The position numbers and the translations under genes were made by a program. Below the pieces are notes generated by a model. It had not been told where the DNA came from. It did no database searches and saw only the letters and a list, made by a program, of their open reading frames with translations. 64,000 nt of DNA from Phenylobacterium sp. (lineage in GTDB: Bacteria; Pseudomonadota; Alphaproteobacteria; Caulobacterales; Caulobacteraceae): assembly GCF_035276905.1 (NCBI RefSeq), contig NZ_DATELG010000107.1, positions 290 through 64,289 on the forward strand, given 5' to 3'. This document shows positions 35,450-44,296 of this stretch, one piece after another. Position 1 is the first letter of the stretch. Every line of letters starts with the position of its first letter.

Positions 35450-36247
35450 TCAGTTCCTGTAGTCAGGGCAAAGCCGATCGAGCTTTCGTAGTAAAGCCGG
35501 CCAGACATAGTTGCGCGCATAGGCGGCGCTCTGCTCGTTGCGGCGCGGGCCGGCCTTCATCTTGTCGACGACGGCCGGGTCCGGCATGCGGCAGGGGCGG
35601 CCCATCCCCAGGGTTTTGACCTGGAAGGTGCAGGCCTTCTCCAGCGTGTACATGCGAGAGAACGCTTCGGCCACGGTGGCGCCGACGGCCAGGGTGCCGT
35701 GATTACGGAGAAACATCAGGTCGTTGTCGCCGAGATCGGCCACCAGGCGCTCACGCTCGCCGAGGTCGACCGCCACGCCCTCGTATTCGTGCACGCTCAC
35801 CCTGCCGGCGACGATCATCGCCGTCTGGTTCAGCGGCAAGAGTCCTTCGTCAAGGGCTGAAACGGCGACGCCGTCCTCGGTGTGCAGATGCATGACGCAG
35901 CCGGCGTCGGGGCGCGCTTGATGCACCGCGCTGTGGACGACGAAGCCCGCCTTGTTCACCGGCTCGTCACTGTCCGACAGGATGTCGCCCTCGACGTCGA
36001 CCTTCACGAGGCTGGAGGCGGTGATCTCCTCGAACAATATGCCGTACTGGTTGAGCAGGAACGCTTCCGGCTCGCCCGGCGCCGACGGCAGCCGGACCGA
36101 GAAGTGCGTGGCGATCAGGTCGTCCCACCCGAACAGCGCCGCCAGGCGGTAGGCCGCGGCCAGGTCTCGACGCAACTCGTGCTCTTTGGGCGGGTCTGTC
36201 CGGTTCGGCTCGCGCGACCCCTCGCGAAACATCGCAATGTCTGTCAT
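35450..36247 (-). CDS. class II aldolase/adducin-domain protein
   Basis: 265 aa with pattern ...HFSVRLP...VVHSAVHQARPDAGCVMHLHT...LRNHGTLAVG.... Confidence 0.85.
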   Translation of the reverse strand: MTDIAMFREGSREPNRTDPPKEHELRRDLAAAYRLAALFGWDDLIATHFSVRLPSAPGEPEAFLLNQYGILFEEITASSLVKVDVEGDILSDSDEPVNKAGFVVHSAVHQARPDAGCVMHLHTEDGVAVSALDEGLLPLNQTAMIVAGRVSVHEYEGVAVDLGERERLVADLGDNDLMFLRNHGTLAVGATVAEAFSRMYTLEKACTFQVKTLGMGRPCRMPDPAVVDKMKAGPRRNEQSAAYARNYVWPALLRKLDRLCPDYRN

Positions 36248-36406
36248 GGGCCTTCTTCGGTTGGTCGGTCAGGAACAGGCCCAGACGCTACGCTCGCGCC
36301 GAGGCGGACGCACCTGATCGCAATCTCTAATCAGCTATCTGAAATTTCGCTGCGCGGATGAAGTCGATCAGCGGCTTTTGTGTTTTTGCGGCCCGCCCCA
36401 ACCCTT

Positions 36407-36441
36407 TATTTTAAATTGCATTATTACGCGCCGCGGCGTAA
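36407..36441. promoter_or_regulatory. TATTTTAAATT box (36407-36417) followed by TTACGC-N6-GCGTAA inverted repeat (36424-36441)
   Basis: Read directly, 160-190 bp upstream of the KstD-like gene. The same 11-mer occurs upstream of the second KstD-like paralog (60275-60285, opposite strand). Confidence 0.45.
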
Positions 36442-36599
36442 CCCGTCAACGTCGGCCTCGAGGACATGGCTGCATGGTCTCGCCGCCGACCCTACCCCTG
36501 CAGGGCTAGGAGGCGCATTGTCCGCTTCAGCAAACGCGACCGCCGGCTGGCTGACGCTTCACACGCGTCGCACAAAGTGAGCCAAGAGGAAGGAGAGAC

Positions 36600-38324
36600 A
36601 TGCCAGGCCAGGATGAAACCTACGACTTTGTCATCGTCGGCAGCGGCGGCGGTTCGATGTGTGCTGCGCTGCTGATGAGGAGCATGGGCAAGACGGCGAT
36701 CATTCTTGAGAAGATGGAGGTCGTCGGCGGCTCCACGGCAATGTCGGGCGGAGTCCTGTGGCTGCCGAACAACGGTCTCAACCGTGCGGCCGGGGTCCCG
36801 GACTCGCCCGAGCTGTCGCTCAAATACCTCGAAAGCTTGACTACACCTGATCCCGGCCGCGGCGGGACGCCGCAGCGCCGCAAGGCGTTCGTCGATAACG
36901 CGCCGGTGATGTTGGATTTTCTACAACGGCAAGGCATCCAGCTCGAGCGGGCGGGCGGCTATTCCGACTACTACGACGACCAACCCGGCGGGCTTGCCGA
37001 AGGGCGCGCTGTGGTCGCGCGCATCTTCGACGTCAACAGGTTGGGGCGCGAGTGGGCCGGCAAGCTTCGGCTCACCGGACTGACGCTGCCGCTGACGATC
37101 AAGGAGGTTTGTCGAATTGTTCTGGTGAGACGGACCTGGGAGGCCCGGGCCGTGGCCGCCCGGCTTATGTGGCGGCTGCTCAAGGGCAAACTCACAGGTC
37201 AGCGCCTCGTCGGCACGGGCGCAGCGCTTCAGGGACGCATGCTGGAGGCCAGCGTGAAGGCCGGGGTGGAAATCCGCGTCAACTCGCCGGTGCGCAAGCT
37301 GATCGTGGAAGATGGCCGGGTATGCGGCGTCGTTGTCAGCCGCGACGGCAAGGATCAACGCGTCCTGGGCAAACTGGGCGTGCTCATCAATGCCGGAGGA
37401 TTCGCCCGCAACGAGCAGATGCGGTCGAAATACCAGCCCGGAAGTTCAAGCGCCTGGACCAACGCCAATCCCGGCGACACGGGCGAAATGATCGAGGAGG
37501 TGCTGCGGGTCGGCGGCAGCGTCGACCTGATGGACGAGAGCTGGTGGATCAGCGTCAGCGTCCCGCCGAATGCCGGCAGCATGTTGCCGATGCACCTGAT
37601 GGACATCGCCAAGCCTCACGCCTTCCTCGTCGACGCGGGCGCGCAGCGTTTCTGCGACGAAGCCGCCTCCTACATGGAGGTGGGCCAGCGGCAGCTGGCG
37701 CGCACGCGGCAGGGCGTGAACGCCACGCCCGCCTGGATGATCTTCGACAGCCAGCACCGGTCCAAATATATGGTGAGCGGCGCCCAGCCGGGGCGGACGC
37801 CTCGCGAGTGGGTGGAAGCCGGCTACCTGAAGGTCTCGGACACGCTCGCGGACCTGGCCCGCCAGTGCGGGCTCGACCCCGACGCGCTGGCCGCGACCAC
37901 GGAACGGTTCAACCGCTTCGCCGATCGCGGCGTCGATGAGGATTTCCATCGCGGGCGGCGGCGGTACGACAGCTGGTTCGGCGATCCCACGCACAGGCCC
38001 TCGGCGACCCTCGGGGCCGTCCGCAAGGGGCCCTTCTACGCCCTGCAGGTCTATCCCGGCGACGTCGGCACCGCGGGAGGCGTGGTCACCGACGAGCATG
38101 GCCGAGCGCTCACGGCGGACGGCAAGGTCATTCCGGGTCTTTACGTCACCGGCAACTCCGCAGCGCCCGTGACCGGCCACTATTACGTCGGGCCGGGCAC
38201 CAGCATCGGCGCCTCCTTCACCTTCGGCTTCCTGGCCGCAAAGCACGCGACCGCCGGCTCCAGGACCGCGGTGGCGCACGACGAGGATCAACGTCCTTAC
38301 CGTGCCGGCATGTCAACACATTGA
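36600..38324 (+). CDS. FAD-dependent dehydrogenase of the 3-ketosteroid dehydrogenase (KstD)/fumarate-reductase-flavoprotein-like family
   Basis: 574 aa with an AGGAAGGAGAG RBS. Patterns: YDFVIVGSGGGSMCAAL...LEKMEVVGGSTAMSGGVLW and the C-terminal GDVGTAGGVVTDEHGRAL...IPGLYVTGNSAAP. Confidence 0.85.
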   Translation: MPGQDETYDFVIVGSGGGSMCAALLMRSMGKTAIILEKMEVVGGSTAMSGGVLWLPNNGLNRAAGVPDSPELSLKYLESLTTPDPGRGGTPQRRKAFVDNAPVMLDFLQRQGIQLERAGGYSDYYDDQPGGLAEGRAVVARIFDVNRLGREWAGKLRLTGLTLPLTIKEVCRIVLVRRTWEARAVAARLMWRLLKGKLTGQRLVGTGAALQGRMLEASVKAGVEIRVNSPVRKLIVEDGRVCGVVVSRDGKDQRVLGKLGVLINAGGFARNEQMRSKYQPGSSSAWTNANPGDTGEMIEEVLRVGGSVDLMDESWWISVSVPPNAGSMLPMHLMDIAKPHAFLVDAGAQRFCDEAASYMEVGQRQLARTRQGVNATPAWMIFDSQHRSKYMVSGAQPGRTPREWVEAGYLKVSDTLADLARQCGLDPDALAATTERFNRFADRGVDEDFHRGRRRYDSWFGDPTHRPSATLGAVRKGPFYALQVYPGDVGTAGGVVTDEHGRALTADGKVIPGLYVTGNSAAPVTGHYYVGPGTSIGASFTFGFLAAKHATAGSRTAVAHDEDQRPYRAGMSTH

Positions 38325-38340
38325 GATCGAGCGACTGACG

Positions 38341-38787
38341 ATGACTGTCGAAGACCTTTTGGCGCGAGAAGAAATTCGCCGCACCCTGGCCGGCTACAAC
38401 CTGGCCGGAGACCGACTTCGCGTCGACGAGGTGGTCAACTGTTTCACCGCCGACGGAGTCCTGGAAATCCCAGGGGCCCGCTTTTCCGGACGGGAGCGGA
38501 TCCGAGAATTCATGAGCGGGAGGGGACCGTCCACGGAGGGCGCTGCACGGCCGCGCCCGACCTTCGTCAGGCACCACATCACCACCTGCGGCATCGAGCT
38601 CACGGGGCCGGACACGGCGACGGCGCGGACCTATTACGCGGTCTATACCGATGTCGGCCCGGATCACTGCGGCTATTATGTGGACGCCTTCCGCAAGGAA
38701 GACGGTCGCTGGCTGATCGCGGAGCGCAAGGCGCGGCTCGATTGGCGATCGCCCTCCAGCTTGATGGTCGCCGCCCCAAGCGCGTGA
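38341..38787 (+). CDS. NTF2/SnoaL-like fold protein
   Basis: 148 aa, starting 16 nt after the KstD-like stop. Pattern: LLAREEIRRTLAGYNLAGDRLRVDEVVNCFTADGVLE...YVDAFRKEDGRWLIAERK. Confidence 0.7.
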   Translation: MTVEDLLAREEIRRTLAGYNLAGDRLRVDEVVNCFTADGVLEIPGARFSGRERIREFMSGRGPSTEGAARPRPTFVRHHITTCGIELTGPDTATARTYYAVYTDVGPDHCGYYVDAFRKEDGRWLIAERKARLDWRSPSSLMVAAPSA

Positions 38788-38812
38788 GGCGCGGCGGGCC
38801 AGGCCCCAGCCG

Positions 38813-39706
38813 TCAGGCTTCTCCCGCCTGCTTCTTGTTCGCCGCCGCCATGGCCTTGGAGTCCAGGTTGCCGATCGAGCTTCCCAGGACCAGGTCGTTC
38901 TGGGCGTGGGCGAAGTGATGCATGTGGTAGACCGCATCCATCGTCGCGCGCTTGCCGCGAAGGTCCTCGGCGTGGCTGATCGCCTGCTTGGTGAGCCAGA
39001 GGCCCAGCGCCGGCCGCTCCGCCAGCTGGTTTGCGATCTTGGCGCATTCGTCGCGCAGGCGTTCACGCGGCGCGACCCGGTTGACCATGCCGAAGTGATG
39101 CGCGCGCTCCGCGCTCATCCGTTCTCCGAGCATCAGGAATTCGGCCGCCACACGCGGGGGCAACTCGAAGGCGTGCGCCCAGTATTCGACGCCCGGAATG
39201 CCCATCAGCAGGACCGGATCCTGGAAGAAGGCGTCCTCCGAGGCGACGATCAGGTCGCACACCCAAGCCAGCATCAACCCGCCGGCGACGCACGCCCCCT
39301 GGACCATGGCGATCGTCGGCTTGGCGATCTGTCGCCAGCGCCGGCAGAGGCCGAGGTAGACTTCCTGCTCGCGCGTGTAGAGGAACTCCGCCGCGGGCTT
39401 GTCCGCATGGTCGGGGAACAGATGGACCCGCGGGCGGCTGACCCCCACGTCGCGTCCGGGGGTGCCGATGTCATGGCCGGCGGAAAAGTGCTTTCCCTCG
39501 CCGCCGAGCACGATCGCCTTCACCGCAGGATCATCGACTGCGCGCCGGAACGCCGCATCCAGGGCGTAGAGCAGCTGCCCGTTCTGCGCGTTGTGGAACC
39601 TGGGGCGGTTCAACATGATCCAGGCGGTGGATCCTTCGACGCCATAGGACACCGGCTCTTCGGTCTCGTACGTCGGGTTGGCCGCCCTTGCGAAATCGTC
39701 CGTCAT
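38813..39706 (-). CDS. enoyl-CoA hydratase/isomerase (crotonase) family protein
   Basis: 297 aa from ATG 39706, with pattern WIMLNRPRFHNAQN...VLGGEGKHFSAGHDIG. Confidence 0.85.
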   Translation of the reverse strand: MTDDFARAANPTYETEEPVSYGVEGSTAWIMLNRPRFHNAQNGQLLYALDAAFRRAVDDPAVKAIVLGGEGKHFSAGHDIGTPGRDVGVSRPRVHLFPDHADKPAAEFLYTREQEVYLGLCRRWRQIAKPTIAMVQGACVAGGLMLAWVCDLIVASEDAFFQDPVLLMGIPGVEYWAHAFELPPRVAAEFLMLGERMSAERAHHFGMVNRVAPRERLRDECAKIANQLAERPALGLWLTKQAISHAEDLRGKRATMDAVYHMHHFAHAQNDLVLGSSIGNLDSKAMAAANKKQAGEA

Positions 39707-39875
39707 GCTGCCCTCTCTCGGCCCTGGCCCGCTCACGCGATTGCGCCTGACGTTCGCCGGCCGGACTCATCCGGCTTTTCCATCGCAGAAACGCCTCCGA
39801 TCGACAGTTCTCGCCACGATCGGGCCGGCGATTTCACAATCATGATAGGCCCGCCGCCTGGCTCGGCCCAGGCGG

Positions 39876-40106
39876 CTATTCGATCGCGCCAATCTCGGCG
39901 CCCACGGGGTAGACGGCGCCAGCCGCCGCCCTGTGGATCAGCCGACCGGCGACGGGAGCGGCAATGTCCTGCGCCGCCTTTCCGGTCTCCAGGACATAGA
40001 TCGGATCGCCCTCGGCGACCTGCGCGCCGTCCGCGGCCAGCCATTCGGCCAGGCCGCCCTCGGACATCGCCATCTCCAGCTGCGGGATCGTCAGAATGGT
40101 GCTCAT
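39876..40106 (-). CDS. free-standing lipoyl/biotinyl-attachment domain protein
   Basis: 76 aa from ATG 40106, preceded by AGGAG. The whole protein aligns by eye to a single lipoyl domain (LTIPQLEMAMSEGGLAEWLAADGAQVAEGDPIYVLETGKAAQDIAAPVAGRL...). The modification-site context is TGKA rather than TDKA. Confidence 0.75.
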   Translation of the reverse strand: MSTILTIPQLEMAMSEGGLAEWLAADGAQVAEGDPIYVLETGKAAQDIAAPVAGRLIHRAAAGAVYPVGAEIGAIE

Positions 40107-40122
40107 CGAGACTCCTGGGCTC

Positions 40123-42168
40123 TTATTTGAACGCCACCAGCTCACGCGCGCGGGCGGCGATGGCCGGGGCGTACGGGATCTGGTTGAACTCAATCTCGGG
40201 GGAATAGGCGATCGGAGCGTATTCCGCGCCGAGCCGGTCGGCCGGCGCCTTGAGCGTGCTGAACAGCTCCGCATTCAGAGTTGCGGCGATCTCCGAGCCC
40301 AGACCGCAGAACTCGGTCGCGGCGTGCACGACCAGGGCCCTTCGGGTCTTGCGCACGGAGTCCAGCACGCGGTGATAGTCGAGCGGCAGCAGCGTGCGCA
40401 GGTCGATGACCTCGGCGCTGACGCCCTCCTTGGCGAGGTCCTCGGCGGCCGACATGCACTGATGCACCTCCCAGCCGTAGGAGATCAGGGTGATGTCCGT
40501 CCCCGTGCGGAGCACCTTGGCGACCCCGAGCGGGATCCGGTAATCGCCCGCCGGCAACTCCCCGCGGAAACTGCGCAACAGCGTCATCGATTCCAGGTGC
40601 ACGCAGGGGTCCTCGTCAAAGATGCAGCTGAGCAGCAGCCCCTTGGCGTCGAGCGGATTGCTCGGATAGGCGACCTTCAGGCCCGGCGTGTGCAGCAGCC
40701 ACGCTTCCAGCGACTGTGAATGCTGGGCGCCGAAGCCGCCGAGCCCGCCGCCGGTCATGATCCGCATGGTCATCGGCACATGGGTCGCCGCGCCCGACAT
40801 GTAGCGCTGCTTGGCCGCATGGTTGACGATCTGGTCGAGGCACACGGCGGTGAAGTCGCTGAACATGATCTCGGCGATCGGCCTGAGGCCCGCGAGCGCC
40901 GCCCCGGTGCCGGCGCCGATGATCGACTGCTCGGCGATGGGCGTCGGCCGCACCCGCTGGGGGCCGAACGTCGTCTGCAGGCCTGCGGAGGTCTTGAAGA
41001 CCCCGCCCGGCGGATCGCCGATGTCCTCGCCCAGAAGGAGGACGCCTGGATCGGCCTCCATGGCGATCCGCTGCGCCTCGACGATCGCCTCGTTCATCAG
41101 CACCGTGCGCCGCTCGCCCGCCGGCTCGGGCTCGGCGGCGCGAATGGGGTAGCGGCCGCGGCGGGGAATGACGTCGGGATCGCCGTAGACGTCGACGAGC
41201 ATCTCCGCGACGGGCGTGACGGGGCTGGCCAGCGCAGCCGCCACGGCGGAGTCCACCTCGACCTGGACCTCGCGGTCGATCCGCTCCAGCTCGTCTTCCG
41301 TGCAGACCCCCGCCTCGAGCAGCCGGGCTCGCGTCCGCGGAGCAGGCGCGGCGGCCTTGCCCGCCTTCAGCTCTTCGCGGGTCAGCTCGGGGCTGTCGCC
41401 GACGCCGGCGTGACGGCCGAGGCGCAAGGTGACCGCCTCGACGAACACCGGGCCCTCGCCGCGCCGCACCGCCTCGACGATCGGCTTCATGGCGTTGAAG
41501 AAACCGATCGGGTCGTTCCCGTCGAGCTTCACGCCTCGGAAGCCATAGCCCGCCGCACGAGAGGCGAAGTCCGGGCTCGCCGTATAGTCCGGAATCTTAG
41601 TATACTCGGCGATCTGGTTGTTCTGGCACAGGAAAATCACCGGCAGCTTCCACACGCCGGCCAGGTTCATCGCCTCGTGCACCGCGCCGATGGAGGTCGC
41701 CCCGTCGCCGAAGTTGACCACGGTGACGCGGTCCTCGCCGCGAAGCTGAGCGGCCATCGCCAGCCCGTTGGCGATCGGCGCGCCGGCGCCGACGATCGCC
41801 GTGGTCAGCATCGAGCCGGAGGCCGGGTCGGAGATGTGCGGCGCCCCGCCCTTGCCCTTGTTCACTCCGCCGATCCGGCTCAGCGCCTCGGCGAACAGCC
41901 GGTCGAGCGGCACGCCCTTGGCCACCTGATCGTGGATCCCCCGATAGGTGGTGACCATGTAATCGCGCGCCGTCAGCAATTGCGACAACACCGCCGGGAT
42001 CGCCTCCTGACCGGTCATCGGCCAGTAGTTGAACCGCAGTTGGCCGCTGGAAAGGCCGGCCTGTATCGCCTTGTCCACGGCGCGCACCCGCGCCATCTGC
42101 CGGTAGATCGCCTGCAGCACCGCCGGCTCGATCCCCAGATTGCCGCTCACCTTCTCGCCGACGCTCAT
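40123..42168 (-). CDS. fused E1 alpha-beta subunit of a TPP-dependent 2-oxoacid/acetoin dehydrogenase-type enzyme
   Basis: 681 aa from ATG 42168, preceded by GGAGG. The N-terminal half has the TPP motif GDGATSIGAVHEAMNLAGVWKLPVIFLCQNNQ. The C-terminal half has the E1-beta pattern LLLGEDIGDPPGGVFKTSAGLQTTFGPQRVRPTPIAEQSIIGAGTGAAL. Confidence 0.85.
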   Translation of the reverse strand: MSVGEKVSGNLGIEPAVLQAIYRQMARVRAVDKAIQAGLSSGQLRFNYWPMTGQEAIPAVLSQLLTARDYMVTTYRGIHDQVAKGVPLDRLFAEALSRIGGVNKGKGGAPHISDPASGSMLTTAIVGAGAPIANGLAMAAQLRGEDRVTVVNFGDGATSIGAVHEAMNLAGVWKLPVIFLCQNNQIAEYTKIPDYTASPDFASRAAGYGFRGVKLDGNDPIGFFNAMKPIVEAVRRGEGPVFVEAVTLRLGRHAGVGDSPELTREELKAGKAAAPAPRTRARLLEAGVCTEDELERIDREVQVEVDSAVAAALASPVTPVAEMLVDVYGDPDVIPRRGRYPIRAAEPEPAGERRTVLMNEAIVEAQRIAMEADPGVLLLGEDIGDPPGGVFKTSAGLQTTFGPQRVRPTPIAEQSIIGAGTGAALAGLRPIAEIMFSDFTAVCLDQIVNHAAKQRYMSGAATHVPMTMRIMTGGGLGGFGAQHSQSLEAWLLHTPGLKVAYPSNPLDAKGLLLSCIFDEDPCVHLESMTLLRSFRGELPAGDYRIPLGVAKVLRTGTDITLISYGWEVHQCMSAAEDLAKEGVSAEVIDLRTLLPLDYHRVLDSVRKTRRALVVHAATEFCGLGSEIAATLNAELFSTLKAPADRLGAEYAPIAYSPEIEFNQIPYAPAIAARARELVAFK

Positions 42169-42448
42169 CGCCGCCTCCATCGCCGCCCAGGGGCGCCGCA
42201 AGCCCCGCAGCGCCTCACGCCAACCATCGTCAGCGCCGGGCTCGTCGCAGGTCGCCGTGCTTCGAGACGGGCGCTCGTGAGCGGCGAGGACTTTACGAAC
42301 ACTGTGCGCTTCGCCGTCGATACGGCGCGATGAACCTCACTGGCTTTGACCGGCTGCGGCGCCGACGTCCAGCATCCGGCGAGATTCATCAGCTATATGA
42401 AAACTGGTCAGGCGCGAGGCGACCTCGCAGCGCGTGGGCGCGCTTGAC

Positions 42449-43264
42449 CTATTTTCCGCGGAAGGTCGGCTTGCGTTTTTCGACGTGGGCGCGGGTGGCC
42501 TCGGTGAAATCCTCGGTCTTGAAGGTGTAGGCCTCGTAGGCGATGGAGGTCTCGAAGGCGGCGCCGGTCATCTGCTTCAGGGCGACGTTCAAGGACGCCT
42601 TGGTGTAGTTCAGCGCGTGCGGTGGCTGAGCAAGCAGCCGCTGGACGACCCCGTCCACATAGCCGTCGAGCTCCTCGTCCGGGATCACGCGGTTGATCAG
42701 GCCGATCTCGGCCGCATCCTCGGCGCTGATCGGGTCGCCCAGCATCAGGGCCTCCTTGGCGCGCCGCAGCGCCCCCAACGCCGGCCACAGCAACACGCCG
42801 CCGTCGCCCGCGACCAGCCCGACCCGCACGTGGGAATCGCGGAACTTGGCCCCCGGGGCCGCATAGACGAGGTCGCAGGCGAGCGCGAGCGTGACGCCCA
42901 CGCCATAGGCCGCGCCGCGCACCTTCGCGATCGTGGGTTTCTCACAATCGAGGATGGCGTAGGCATGCTTCTTGGCCAGCCGTGTCATGGGGAACACGGG
43001 ATTGGCGACGTCGAACCGCCCGCCCAACCTGCTGGCGTCGGCGCCGGCGCAGAAGTCGGCGCCGTCCCCCTGGAGGACGATCACGCGGACCTCCGGATCG
43101 AGCCACACGTCCTCCCAGATCCGCGTCAGCTCTGCGCTCATGGTCGGGTTCGTGGCGTTGCGGCGGCCGGGATTGGATAGGGTGATGGTCATCACGCCAT
43201 CCTTCTTGTCGAGGCGCAGCGCCTCGTAGCGGCTGTAGTCGTAGGCGCTTTGGCTCGTGCTCAA
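42449..43264 (-). CDS. enoyl-CoA hydratase/isomerase (crotonase) family protein
   Basis: About 271 aa, with pattern GVMTITLSNPGRRNA...VLQGDGADFCAGADAS. I chose the TTG start at 43264, preceded by GGAAGGAAG. The longer ORF to 43357 is S/R-rich. Confidence 0.8.
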   Translation of the reverse strand: MSTSQSAYDYSRYEALRLDKKDGVMTITLSNPGRRNATNPTMSAELTRIWEDVWLDPEVRVIVLQGDGADFCAGADASRLGGRFDVANPVFPMTRLAKKHAYAILDCEKPTIAKVRGAAYGVGVTLALACDLVYAAPGAKFRDSHVRVGLVAGDGGVLLWPALGALRRAKEALMLGDPISAEDAAEIGLINRVIPDEELDGYVDGVVQRLLAQPPHALNYTKASLNVALKQMTGAAFETSIAYEAYTFKTEDFTEATRAHVEKRKPTFRGK

Positions 43265-43373
43265 CGTGAAGCTTCCTTCCCCAGCTGCTCGCCTCGACGA
43301 AGACCCGGTCGTGACCGCGGAGCTCCTTGACCCTCGCCGCAGCTGCGCCAGGGACAATCTCCATTTGCCTTGA

Positions 43374-43382
43374 ATTCAAATC
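43374..43382. promoter_or_regulatory. ATTCAAATC core box (third copy) within TTGAATTCAAATCT
   Basis: Read directly in the divergent region between the crotonase gene (minus) and the TetR gene (plus). Confidence 0.4.
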
Positions 43383-43552
43383 TGGCGCGGCGTAGCCGCC
43401 TCAACTAGATAGGCCAGGCGGCCGCTCGCGAACAGCGCGGAGCCGCATCTGTTTGGATTTTAGCAGCTTATCTTCCGCCCAGCTTGGCGGGCGGCCTCCT
43501 CGACGCATACTATCAGTCCAATAGAATTTCATTTCAGCCGGAAAACGACGAT

Positions 43553-44296
43553 ATGGCGCGAGCGCGTGCAACCTCCTCCAAGCCGCGAGCGGCGAAGCCG
43601 GCTGCGCATGAGCCGTCCGCCGCCAGGGCGGAAGAGCGACGCCGCGAGATCATTCTCGCCGCGGCCGCCGAGTTCGCGCGGAAGGGCTATGCCGAGACGA
43701 CCCTCGGCGGCATCGCCAAAAGGCTCGGCATTCACACGGCAGGTCTCTACTACTACTTCGAAAACAAGGACGCGATCGTCGTCGCGCTTCTGCAGTTCGC
43801 CGCCGAACGGATGACCGCCGAGAGCCAGCAGATGCTGGAGGACCTGCCCGACGTCACGCCGCTCGATCAGATGAAGCTGCTGATCCGCGCCTATGTCGCC
43901 CGGACCGCCGAGCGCGATGACGTGGGGCGCGCCTTCTACAAGATCTTCGACCAGGTCTCTCCGGAGCTGCGCCGCAACTGTATCCGCGGCCCGAAGTCCT
44001 ACCTGCGCCTCTGGCGGGATACGGTCACCCGCGCGGTCGAGGCCGGACAGATCCGAAGCGATGTTCCGCCCAGCCTCCTGCGGCTCTTCCTGATCGGAAG
44101 CATGTTCTGGATCGTCGAATGGTATAAGCCCGGCGGTGAGAACAGCCTCGACGAGATCAGCGACGCGCTGATCGCCATCTATCTCGGGAACGGCGAGCCG
44201 CCGGAAAAGCCGGCGCGCCGCGCCGCCAGCGAGACCAAGCCGCGCAAGACGACGCGGGCGCCGCGCACCGCGTCGCGAAGCCGCCAGGCTGTCTAG
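43553..44296 (+). CDS. TetR/AcrR-family transcriptional regulator
   Basis: 247 aa from ATG 43553, with HTH pattern RRREIILAAAAEFARKGYAETTLGGIAKRLGIHTAGLYYYFENKDAIV. Confidence 0.85.
   Translation: MARARATSSKPRAAKPAAHEPSAARAEERRREIILAAAAEFARKGYAETTLGGIAKRLGIHTAGLYYYFENKDAIVVALLQFAAERMTAESQQMLEDLPDVTPLDQMKLLIRAYVARTAERDDVGRAFYKIFDQVSPELRRNCIRGPKSYLRLWRDTVTRAVEAGQIRSDVPPSLLRLFLIGSMFWIVEWYKPGGENSLDEISDALIAIYLGNGEPPEKPARRAASETKPRKTTRAPRTASRSRQAV

Noticed and set aside
40720-42333. 537-aa plus-strand ORF antisense to the fused E1 gene
   Set aside because: It is a shadow ORF, and the E1 frame carries the TPP motif.
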